DNA of 32,000 nt from Candidatus Altimarinota bacterium (GCA_041659405.1 JBAZYK010000010.1:1-32000); one strand, 5' to 3'; numbered from the stretch's first letter, positions 8,185 to 16,483 are shown. Notes: generated by a model not told the origin, from the letters alone. Numbers and translations are program-made.

Positions 8185-10218
8185 TTAGTTCATACCACCC
8201 TGGGGCAGCTTAGATTGCCCTACGTTTTCTTCGGTGATGGCTTTTGTTGTTTGATCGATTGAGGTTTGATTATTGGCTTTGCGGTAGGCTTCCAGGGATT
8301 GGCGAATATCGCCGTGGTTAAAGGCAAAGTCGCCGATGAAGTTTAAGATGGAAGTGTTATCGGTAACGCCATCAATAATTTTTCCAAAATAGTTGGTGCG
8401 TTGAATAGGATCATCTCCGTATAAAACACCGAACTTGGCATAATAAAGCCCTGCAAGGCGTGAGTTGTGCCAGTCCATATTCTGCCTGATTCCGCGCATT
8501 GGGAAATCCGTGGTGCTGATTTGGGCATCTTTTTTTAGATTGGCGATAGCCTGCGGATCATTGCTGTAAGCGTAAATGAACTTGTAAGGTATCACCCCAA
8601 TTTTTTCAAATTCCGGTGGAGCCAGATCGATAAAAATAACGGATTTTCCTGTTTCCGTGAGTTTTTGATCAAGAAAACTTTTGGTGATTTCCCCGCTGGA
8701 ATAGTAAATTTCCAGTTGGATATCCGGACGAAGGTCTTCGGTTTTTCGTAGATAATAGAGCGGGAAAGTCATGTCATCACGACCGGTGGAAAGTAAATAA
8801 CCATTCGGCGGAACGCTCATTAAAGCGTTTTTATTAAAGTCGTAAGCAATGTAATTTTTGCTTTCATTGTTTTTGCTGAAGTTTGTGCCGATGGCCGCAA
8901 ACACTGTAATAAAAGCCAAAAAGGTTAAGATTGTTTTGATCTTTTTTACAGGAATTATTTGGATGATGTAGACATACCCAAGGATCATCATGATTCCTAA
9001 AATCAGGATAGCCGGGATCATAAAAGGCCTGGAAGCAAAGTTGTTTGGGTCGTAACTGCTGACAGGAATGTAGATCAAAAGAGCCGATGTGTATGAGGCA
9101 AAAAGCAGGATGATGAATAACGCAAAGCGCCAACTTTTTTTGAAAAGATAGATTAGGCCGGGAATAAAGAAAAAGAGCGGCAGATAAAAATATTCACGGG
9201 TGATGGTTTTTAAAAGTGGGACAAGGCTGGTGTTGTTGTTATTCCAGAGATCGGTGGTTTTGCTGACGATGAAATCTTTTAGGTCAATCAGCCAGGCCGG
9301 TAGGTTTGATTTTGCGATTTCTTGTGTGGCTTCCGGCGTAGTCAGGTTTACCGTGCCGCCATAAATTTTGCGATTCACAAAATCGGAAAAGGCCTGCCAG
9401 TTGTGAAGACTGCCGTGTTCAATAAAGGCGGGATTGTCGTATGGGCCGCCAAAATAGGTTCTTAATGGCAGATAGGCGTAGACGGAAAGTCCCAGCGCAA
9501 AGAGCAAAATGCAAAAGAGGACCAGTTTGTAATCTAAAATTACGCGCCAGTTCCTGATCAAAACAAACAGAATAATTGCGGGGCCCGCCATAACCATTAA
9601 ATGATGATTGGTTAAACTTAGGCCATAGCTTAAAGCGCTTAAATAAAGCCAGCGATCTTCCTGGGTTTCGTGCCAGAGATACAAAAGATAGATCAGTAAA
9701 ATCACGAAAAAAGTGTTCAGCCCATAGACTTCGGCGCGATTTGATTGCGCCCAAAGAATATCGGTAAAGGCAAAAAAGAAGCTGCCGCACATGGAAACCA
9801 GGTCGTTTTTAGTGATTCTTTTAAGGAAAAGAAAAAGAAAAGTGGCTGCCGCTGCCGCAAAAAAGCCGGACATAATATTTACGCGCCAGGCCAAATTGCC
9901 AAACGGGATAATAATGGAAAAAAGTTTGCCTAAAAGTGTGTGAAGCGGGTAACCGGGTGGATGGGCGATATCGAGTTTTACCGCTGCGGCAATGAGTTCT
10001 CCGGAGTCTTCAGTTTGGACGGTGGGAAAAGTTGTGAGAATGTAAACAAACCAGGTCACTGCAAAAACCATGGAAGTGTCCAGATTTTTGTTGAGATTGA
10101 GTTTGTGGGAAATGGCGTGGGGGAGCGCCAGGAGCGTCTTTTTTAGATTGAAGTGATTTTTGACGTAGGTGGACATGGAATTTTTTTTACAGATGCCAAT
10201 AGCTATTTTCAATTTCAT
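8185..10218 (-). CDS. DUF2723 family polytopic membrane protein (GT-C-like glycosyltransferase fold)
   Basis: TVQTEDSGELIAAAVKLDIAHPPGYPLHTLLGKLF near the N-terminus, many TM segments; likely start is the internal Met (MSTYVKNHFNLKK). Confidence 0.85.
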   Translation of the reverse strand: MKLKIAIGICKKNSMSTYVKNHFNLKKTLLALPHAISHKLNLNKNLDTSMVFAVTWFVYILTTFPTVQTEDSGELIAAAVKLDIAHPPGYPLHTLLGKLFSIIIPFGNLAWRVNIMSGFFAAAAATFLFLFLKRITKNDLVSMCGSFFFAFTDILWAQSNRAEVYGLNTFFVILLIYLLYLWHETQEDRWLYLSALSYGLSLTNHHLMVMAGPAIILFVLIRNWRVILDYKLVLFCILLFALGLSVYAYLPLRTYFGGPYDNPAFIEHGSLHNWQAFSDFVNRKIYGGTVNLTTPEATQEIAKSNLPAWLIDLKDFIVSKTTDLWNNNNTSLVPLLKTITREYFYLPLFFFIPGLIYLFKKSWRFALFIILLFASYTSALLIYIPVSSYDPNNFASRPFMIPAILILGIMMILGYVYIIQIIPVKKIKTILTFLAFITVFAAIGTNFSKNNESKNYIAYDFNKNALMSVPPNGYLLSTGRDDMTFPLYYLRKTEDLRPDIQLEIYYSSGEITKSFLDQKLTETGKSVIFIDLAPPEFEKIGVIPYKFIYAYSNDPQAIANLKKDAQISTTDFPMRGIRQNMDWHNSRLAGLYYAKFGVLYGDDPIQRTNYFGKIIDGVTDNTSILNFIGDFAFNHGDIRQSLEAYRKANNQTSIDQTTKAITEENVGQSKLPQGGMN

Positions 10219-10370
10219 TTTACGGTTGAATTCAAGAAAAAGCGATATTTGAGAAAAAACTATAGATAGAATCGGTTGTCATGCTGAGGTTTTTTGCGTA
10301 AGATGCAATATATGGGTAATTCCAAAAGAAACAATGCCAGCCAAAAATTAAATAATTAAAACCCAATAAG

Positions 10371-12041
10371 ATGAGTTTATATAGAGACGATACTATAAGT
10401 AAAATAATTGAAGGTGTGAATGAAAAATACCTTTTACCGGATATTCAAAGACCTTTTGTGTGGAAAACCGACCAGATTTATGCACTATTCGACTCCATTA
10501 TGAGAGGTTACCCGATAAATACCTTTTTATTTTGGCAGATAAGTAAAGATTATTTAAGGGATAACAATATCAAAAAGTTCCTTTTTGTTAAAAACAATAA
10601 AGAAGAAAGTATTGAAGACCTAACCTACAGTAATTCCGAATATAATTTGGTTTTGGATGGACAACAAAGAATAACCTCTCTTTTCATTGCTTTAAAAGGG
10701 TCATATTTTGAGAGAAAAAAGGAAAAAGAGTTATTCATGAATGTATTCTCAGGGATCGAAGAAGACGATGACGGTTTATTATATGAGTTTAAATTTTTGG
10801 ATAAAACCAATAAAACTTACTTTTCGGATGGGGATAAACTATGGCTAAACATCAAGAGAATCTATGAATGTAAAAATATAGATAACAAAATGGATATCAG
10901 AGAACAGATTTTCTCAGTTACACAAGAAAATAATGAGAAAAAACTAATAGAAAGGAATATTGATATTCTTTATGACTGTTTAAAGAGTCAGCCAGTACTT
11001 AACTATTTTCCTGAAGAAGAAAAAGACTATGACAAAGTATTGGATATATTTGTAAGGACAAATTCAGGTGGCACTAAACTAACATACTCAGATTTACTAT
11101 TCTCGACCATCAAGCTTAAATGGAGAGAAGCACGGGAAAATTTTCTTCAGTTATTAAAAGACGTAAATGGAGAAGATTTTGATTTTGACACTGATTTTGT
11201 ACTTAAAACTTGCTTTGTTTTCTTTGCGCAAACCCAGATAGACGTGAAGTATAGTAGGAAAAATGTAGATGATGAGAATAAAATAAGACAAATTATAGAT
11301 AATTGGGACAAGATTACAGAATCCATAAAAATAGCACGAGATTTACTGAGTAGAATCAAAATAAATCATTCAAAACTGCTTTCCAGTAATAACGCATTAA
11401 TCCCAATTGCTTATTTTATCTATAAATGGGGATTCAAGTCGTTCGGTGATTCAAATCAGAAAAACGTCATTTCTCCAGAAATTGAAAGTGATCTTAAAAA
11501 CTTCTTATTAGCATCCCTATTAACTGGTTTGTTTGGAGGGCAGGCAGATACAATCCTGTATTCCCTTAAACAGGAGATTGATAAATCTACTAACGAGATA
11601 TTCCCACTGAAAGAAATTAAAGCTTCCTTAATAAAGAGGAATAAATCTTTAGATATAACAGAAGAGTTCTTAGATAGTGTCTATTATCAGGGTAAAAACA
11701 GTTATTTGATTCTAAATATGATATATCCAAATGTAGAATTAACAACAGTTTCGAAGACAAATTTGCCCGAACAGGACCATCTATTTTCTAAAGAAGAATT
11801 AGTCAATAACTCTTATTCTGAAGACGAGATTAATACGATTTATAATCTAAGATATCTGACATCAACAAGTAATAAGAAAAAATCAAAAACCCCTTTTAAT
11901 GAATGGTATTCCTCAATTACCGAAGATGAGAGGAAAATAGCACTAATCCCCTCGGGTAACTGGAATAGCGATAATTATAAAGAATTTATAGAAGCAAGAA
12001 AACAACTTTTTTTGGATAAACTTAAGAATTTATTCAAATAA
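10371..12041 (+). CDS. DUF262 domain-containing protein (GmrSD/type IV restriction-like) with degenerate C-terminal HNH/DUF1524-like region
   Basis: YLLPDIQRPFVWKTDQIYALFDSIMRGYPINTFLFW and YNLVLDGQQRITSLF are DUF262 hallmarks; C-terminus has QDHLFSKEEL...IYNLRYLTSTSNKKKSKTPFNEW, resembling DUF1524 spacing. Confidence 0.88.
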   Translation: MSLYRDDTISKIIEGVNEKYLLPDIQRPFVWKTDQIYALFDSIMRGYPINTFLFWQISKDYLRDNNIKKFLFVKNNKEESIEDLTYSNSEYNLVLDGQQRITSLFIALKGSYFERKKEKELFMNVFSGIEEDDDGLLYEFKFLDKTNKTYFSDGDKLWLNIKRIYECKNIDNKMDIREQIFSVTQENNEKKLIERNIDILYDCLKSQPVLNYFPEEEKDYDKVLDIFVRTNSGGTKLTYSDLLFSTIKLKWREARENFLQLLKDVNGEDFDFDTDFVLKTCFVFFAQTQIDVKYSRKNVDDENKIRQIIDNWDKITESIKIARDLLSRIKINHSKLLSSNNALIPIAYFIYKWGFKSFGDSNQKNVISPEIESDLKNFLLASLLTGLFGGQADTILYSLKQEIDKSTNEIFPLKEIKASLIKRNKSLDITEEFLDSVYYQGKNSYLILNMIYPNVELTTVSKTNLPEQDHLFSKEELVNNSYSEDEINTIYNLRYLTSTSNKKKSKTPFNEWYSSITEDERKIALIPSGNWNSDNYKEFIEARKQLFLDKLKNLFK

Positions 12042-12152
12042 ACAACCATGGAAGATTTTTTTAGTACGCGATGTTGATTTGAAGGCTAGGTCATTTATGG
12101 ATTGTATATCATGCCATTTTTGTCTATTATGCAAGCCGATAATTGATTCTAT

Positions 12153-12785
12153 ATGACTGACTCTAAAAAAGATTTAACGGAGCAAGATATCCGTACAAAA
12201 TACATCACTCCTGCCATTAAGAAGGCTGGGTGGGATGAAATGACTCAACTGCGTGAAGAGGTCTATTTTACTAAGGGGCGAATTGATGTAAAAGACAAGC
12301 TGGTTAAGCGCGGAAAAGCTAAAAAGGCTGATTATGTGCTTTATTTTAGAAATAATTTTCCAATTGCCATTGTTGAGGCTAAAGACAACAACCACACAGT
12401 AGGAGACGGAATGCAGCAGGCTATGGAATATGCGGCAACCTTGGACATACCTTTCGCTTATAGTTCAAACGGTGATGGTTTTTTGGAGCATGATTTTTTG
12501 ACTGGAAAAGAAAAGAATTTACAAATGCATGAGATGCCTTCACCCGCAGAGCTTTACGAGCGTTATACCGAAAATTTAAAGATTGATGAACGCACTCAGG
12601 AGGTTATGGCTACTCCATATTATGCCGATGGTTCAGGAAAAACTCCTCGTTATTATCAAGAAATTGCTATTAATAGAGCAATAAAAGCTTTTTCAGAAGG
12701 CCAGAAAAGAATTTTGCTTGTGATGGCAACTGGTACAGGGAAGACGCTTGTTGCGGGCCAAATAATAAAGAAATCGACAGAGTGA
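12153..12785 (+). pseudogene. Truncated type I restriction endonuclease subunit R (HsdR N-terminal domain plus Walker A only)
   Basis: HSDR_N-like LTEQDIRTKYITPAIKKAGW, GRIDVKDK, KKADYVLYF, PIAIVEAKDNNH; RYYQEIAINRAIKAF...RILLVMATGTGKTLVAGQIIKK followed by a stop right after SF2 motif I. Confidence 0.85.
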
Positions 12786-12913
12786 TCAAGAATACGACAG
12801 GGTTTTATGGGAATTTGGAAGGGATCATGGGAGCTGCGGCATTGCCAAGCATTAAAGCTCTTGAACTGCCGAGCGGAGATGATGAGGTTCGGGAGGGGGA
12901 AAAATCAGTTTAA
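12773..12913 (+). pseudogene. Shifted-frame short ORF fragment immediately after the HsdR truncation (possible C-terminal remnant)
   Basis: Reads IDRVIKNTTGFYGNLEGIMGAAALPSIKALELPSGDDEVREGEKSV then TAA; no start codon of its own and overlaps the HsdR stop. Confidence 0.35.
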
Positions 12914-12997
12914 TCTTTTAAGAAAGATTTTAGATTTATTTAATGTTTGTGTGCTAATGATAGGTAATCAAATGACTCATCTTTAACTTCTCAAATT

Positions 12998-13867
12998 ATG
13001 ATCAAGGAAAATTCAATCATTATCTTTAATCAAAAAAATATTCGCAGAGATTGGGATGCGGAAAAGGAGATTTGGTATTTTTCAGTTATTGATGTCATTG
13101 AGATTTTAACCGATTCAACCTCTCCTAAACGATATTGGAGTGATCTGAAAATTAAGCTTAAGAATGAAGGAAGTGAAGTGTACGAGAAAATCGTACGGTT
13201 GAAATTAACGGCTCCTGATGGGAAAAAACGTGAGACCGACTGTTTTTCAACAGAAGATTTGTTAAGACTCGTTCAATCCATTCCTTCCCCAAAAGCAGAG
13301 CCTTTCAAGGTATGGCTGGCAAAAGTCGGATATGAACGTATTGAGGAAACTGAAAATCCGGAACTATCGATTGATCGCGCTATGAAGACATATTTACAAA
13401 AGGGCTATTCCAAAGAATGGATCAATCAAAGACTCAAAAGTATTGAAGTTCGTAAGGATTTAACCGATGAGTGGCAAGAAAGAGGTGTAAAAGAAGGACA
13501 AGAATATGCGATTTTGACTGATGAAATTACGCAGGCGTGGGCTGGCATGAGCGTAAAAGAATACAAGGAGTTTAAAAGTCTAAAAAAACAAAATTTGAGG
13601 GATAACATGACAAATCTTGAGCTGGTTTTGAATATGCTAGCCGAAGCTACAACGACCGAAATTTCAAAGAAGAAACAACCAAAAGGTTTTTATGAGAGCC
13701 GCATTATTGCACGAGAGGGGGGTCATATAGCTGGTACTGCGCGCAAAGGAATTGAGAAAAAAACTGGTGAAAGAGTCGTTTCAAGTAAGAATGCAAATGA
13801 CCTATTGCTAGGAATAAGAGCAAAAAAGCAGTTATCCGGAGATTCCGGAAAACTCAAAGATGTTTAG
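12998..13867 (+). CDS. BRO family N-terminal / DinD-like protein (phage antirepressor-like)
   Basis: IRRDWDAEKEIWYFSVIDVIEILTDS..RYWSDLK resembles Bro-N; C-terminal LTDEITQAWAGMSVKEYKEFKSLKKQNLRDNMTNLELVLNMLAEATTTEI and REGGHIAGTARKGIE resemble the DinD/Bro family C-terminal region. Confidence 0.8.
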   Translation: MIKENSIIIFNQKNIRRDWDAEKEIWYFSVIDVIEILTDSTSPKRYWSDLKIKLKNEGSEVYEKIVRLKLTAPDGKKRETDCFSTEDLLRLVQSIPSPKAEPFKVWLAKVGYERIEETENPELSIDRAMKTYLQKGYSKEWINQRLKSIEVRKDLTDEWQERGVKEGQEYAILTDEITQAWAGMSVKEYKEFKSLKKQNLRDNMTNLELVLNMLAEATTTEISKKKQPKGFYESRIIAREGGHIAGTARKGIEKKTGERVVSSKNANDLLLGIRAKKQLSGDSGKLKDV

Positions 13868-13994
13868 AGTAAAATTTAAAAAAGTACTCTATGGCAAAAT
13901 TGCACAGAATATGGACAATGCCAAAACCCTGATGCAAACATTTTTAGCAGAGGCATTTCAAAATTAGCACAGTGTTGGATTTTTAAACATTCCA

Positions 13995-14022
13995 TTGACC
14001 GAAAAAAGAACATTAATATACA
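13995..14022 (+). promoter_or_regulatory. Candidate promoter for the toxin-antitoxin operon
   Basis: TTGACC (13995-14000), 16 bp spacer, TATACA (14017-14022), 34 bp upstream of the ORF start at 14057. Confidence 0.5.
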
Positions 14023-14056
14023 CTGTAGCTGTTATTGGTTCTTAACATTAATTCCC

Positions 14057-14935
14057 ATGAGATCAAACCTAGACGTAACGCAAATAGGTGAAATTGTGTG
14101 TGCGCTTCGAAAGAAGAAAAATATTTCGCAAGATCAGCTTGCGCAGGCGCTAAATATTCCACGCACTTCAATATCTCAAATTGAGAATGGGGGGCGTGAG
14201 CTTTCTTTTATTGAATTTCAGAAAGTTCTTGTTATATTTGAAATATCTTTCGAGGAATTCACCGCATATGGAAAGCCTTTAAAGAAAGTGGCATCAGCAA
14301 AGAAAAAGGGGATTAATGGGAAGATTAAGTTTGACGCTGAAAAATTTAAACAATTGCTTCTATATATTCTTGGAAAATGTGGTGGTCGCCCAAATGTTGG
14401 GGAAACTGTTCTGTATAAATTACTTTATTTTTGTGATTTTGATTTTTTTGAGTTAAATGAGAGATCTTTAACCGGAATGAAATATAAAAAAATGCAGTTT
14501 GGGCCGATACCGGATCAAACTTTATTTAATCCGGTGATTCAAGAAATGCGGAATAGTGGAATGATAGAAAAAGTCTCACGGCCTTATGTGAATGGCACTA
14601 TCCAGACGCGCTATCTGAATTTTGTGGAAGCCGATTTGCCCGTTTTTTGTGCAGATCTTGATAAAATGAGAAACGTGGCGGATTCGGTCATTGAACGTCT
14701 TTCCGGCATGAGTGCGCGACAAATTGAAGATCATTCACATCGCGATTATCCTTGGCAGGCTCACGAATATGATGAGGAAATTGATTATAGCAGTGTGTTT
14801 TTTAGAAGCGGGGAATTTGCAAATAGAGATTATGATGCGATGTGGGAACAGTCATCGGCCAATGACATATTGGATCAGCTTGGGGAAATGAGTGAGGATG
14901 AACACGAATATTATCTTAAGCTTTTAAATAAATGA
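14057..14935 (+). CDS. Antitoxin candidate: XRE-family HTH fused to Panacea/SocA-like (DUF4065) domain
   Basis: N-terminal HTH (IVCALRKKKNISQDQLAQALNIPRTSISQIENGGRELSFIEFQKVLVIF); C-terminal VLYKLLYFCDFDFFELNERSLTGMKYKKMQFGPIPD is characteristic of DUF4065/Panacea. Confidence 0.85.
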   Translation: MRSNLDVTQIGEIVCALRKKKNISQDQLAQALNIPRTSISQIENGGRELSFIEFQKVLVIFEISFEEFTAYGKPLKKVASAKKKGINGKIKFDAEKFKQLLLYILGKCGGRPNVGETVLYKLLYFCDFDFFELNERSLTGMKYKKMQFGPIPDQTLFNPVIQEMRNSGMIEKVSRPYVNGTIQTRYLNFVEADLPVFCADLDKMRNVADSVIERLSGMSARQIEDHSHRDYPWQAHEYDEEIDYSSVFFRSGEFANRDYDAMWEQSSANDILDQLGEMSEDEHEYYLKLLNK

Positions 14936-15279
14936 CCGATTTTAAGACAGGAGATGTTTTCCTGGTAAATTTTGATCCATCCATTGGGCACGAATATAAG
15001 AAAATTCGTCCTGCTGTTGTGATCCAATCGGCAAAAACGATTAAGAGTAGCGCTTTGATTACGATTATGCCTATTACATCACAGCTTTCAAATTGCCAAA
15101 AAGAAGATATTAAAATAAAGAAAAGTACAGTAAATGGCTTGTATGTGGACTCATTGGTGAAGGTTGGTTGTATCCACAGTTTTGACAGAAAAAGATTTCT
15201 GAAAAAAATTGGCGATATTCCGGAAGAGGCAATGACCAGGATAATCGCGTATTTATGTGTTCATTTTAATATAAAATAA
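14932..15279 (+). CDS. PemK/MazF-family toxin (endoribonuclease-like)
   Basis: FKTGDVFLVNFDPSIGHEYKKIRPAVVIQS and ITIMPITSQ; start ATG overlaps the antitoxin stop by 4 bp (ATGA), indicating translational coupling. Confidence 0.87.
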   Translation: MTDFKTGDVFLVNFDPSIGHEYKKIRPAVVIQSAKTIKSSALITIMPITSQLSNCQKEDIKIKKSTVNGLYVDSLVKVGCIHSFDRKRFLKKIGDIPEEAMTRIIAYLCVHFNIK

Positions 15280-15326
15280 AATGGAGATGGAGTGGGGGAT
15301 AAGGAGTTCGCTTTGCGAACGTTTTG

Positions 15327-15379
15327 TTGCTATGCCCCGCCTTGGCGGGGCGCGGACATTCACCTTCGGTTCATGTCTG
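15327..15379. repeat. Copy 1 of a 53-bp direct repeat containing a perfect GC hairpin (GCCCCGCC-TT-GGCGGGGC)
   Basis: TTGCTATGCCCCGCCTTGGCGGGGCGCGGACATTCACCTTCGGTTCATGTCTG. Confidence 0.85.
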
Positions 15380-15380
15380 T

Positions 15381-15456
15381 TGGTCGGAGTGGCGGGACTC
15401 GAACCCACGACCTCAGCGTCCCGAACGCTGCGCGCTACCAACTGCGCTACACTCCG
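15381..15456 (-). tRNA. tRNA-Pro (anticodon CGG), CCA encoded
   Basis: Reverse complement folds as a cloverleaf: CGGAGTG/CACTCCG acceptor, CAGCG-TTCGGGA-CGCTG anticodon arm, GTGGG-TTCGAGT-CCCGC T arm, ACCA 3' end. Confidence 0.95.
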
Positions 15457-15483
15457 CAATTGTTGGCTGATTTAATTTTTTTA

Positions 15484-15536
15484 TTGCTATGCCCCGCCAA
15501 GGCGGGGCGCGGACATTCACTTTCGGTTCATGTCTG
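15484..15536. repeat. Copy 2 of the 53-bp direct repeat; hairpin loop is AA instead of TT
   Basis: TTGCTATGCCCCGCCAAGGCGGGGCGCGGACATTCACTTTCGGTTCATGTCTG; differs from copy 1 at 3 positions, two of them in the loop. Confidence 0.85.
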
Positions 15537-15642
15537 CATGTCTGATTTTACCATGTAATTTTTTTTTGCTGAATAACTTTCAAAAACTTTAATTTTTGGG
15601 TACAATTCGGGGGCTTATTTATGACCCTGATTAGATATTAAA

Positions 15643-16425
15643 TTGTTCATGCGAAAATTGCTGGTTTTGTTTGGTCTGATTTTTTCTTTGTTGCTGTTTG
15701 CGGCTTGTTCTTCCGGTAATCAGAATGGCGGCATCTCTTGGCAAAAGGTTAAAACGGGGTTTTATTACTCTGAATTTTTCAAAGATCAGCGCGATTTTAT
15801 TTTGGTAAAAATGGATCCTAAATATTTCCACTTTTCGGTTTATCAAAATAAAAATTTGGAAGAAGCTAAAACCATTAAGGAAATTCATCAGCAGGAACAG
15901 GCTTTAATTACATTTAATGGATCATTTTTTGGTGAAGATTTTAAGCCGGTCAGCTTTTTAAAGAGTGATGGAAAGATTTTTCATAAACTCTCCAAGGCAA
16001 ATCTTGTTGATGGAATTTTTGTGTTTTCAAAGGACGATAAGCCAAATCTATTTAGCGCGGAAAGTTTTAAAGATAGTGACGATATAACTTTTGCCATGCA
16101 AAATGGTCCAATTCTATTGGATGAAATGGGAAAGGCTAAAATTGTTTCAGATACGGGCAAAATTGGCAGCAGAACGGCTTTGGGTATAGATAAAGATCAA
16201 AATGTGGTGTTGATTATCATTCAGCAGAGTCTTTTTAATTCCGGGAATGGGATCACCCTGTATCAATTTGCCGATATTTTGGCTAACGACGCGCAATTTA
16301 AGGGGATGGGGCTGCATTCGGTTTTAAATCTTGATGGTGGGGCTTCTACCGGCATGATGATTGGGTCGCAGTACTATCCGGAAATGGATAAAGTGCAAAA
16401 TATGGTAATCGTGAAGGACAAATAA
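15643..16425 (+). CDS. Lipoprotein, phosphodiester glycosidase / NAGPA-like (DUF2233) family
   Basis: Lipobox-like LLFAACSS; ITFNGSFF, MQNGPILLDEMG, SRTALGIDKDQNVVLIII and LNLDGGASTGMMIG motifs. Confidence 0.85.
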   Translation: MFMRKLLVLFGLIFSLLLFAACSSGNQNGGISWQKVKTGFYYSEFFKDQRDFILVKMDPKYFHFSVYQNKNLEEAKTIKEIHQQEQALITFNGSFFGEDFKPVSFLKSDGKIFHKLSKANLVDGIFVFSKDDKPNLFSAESFKDSDDITFAMQNGPILLDEMGKAKIVSDTGKIGSRTALGIDKDQNVVLIIIQQSLFNSGNGITLYQFADILANDAQFKGMGLHSVLNLDGGASTGMMIGSQYYPEMDKVQNMVIVKDK

Positions 16426-16483
16426 ACTTGCAAATAAGCCTTTTTTGGAGTTATGCTTATGTTCTCTAATGTAAAAGGTTTAT

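Noticed and set aside
15253-15558. ORFs 15253..15459 (-), 15281..15475 (+) and 15292..15558 (+), including GVAGLEPTTSASRTLRATNCATLRN and GGTRTHDLSVPNAARYQLRY translations
   Set aside because: These are classic spurious translations through a tRNA gene; the DNA here is tRNA-Pro(CGG) and its flanking hairpin repeats.
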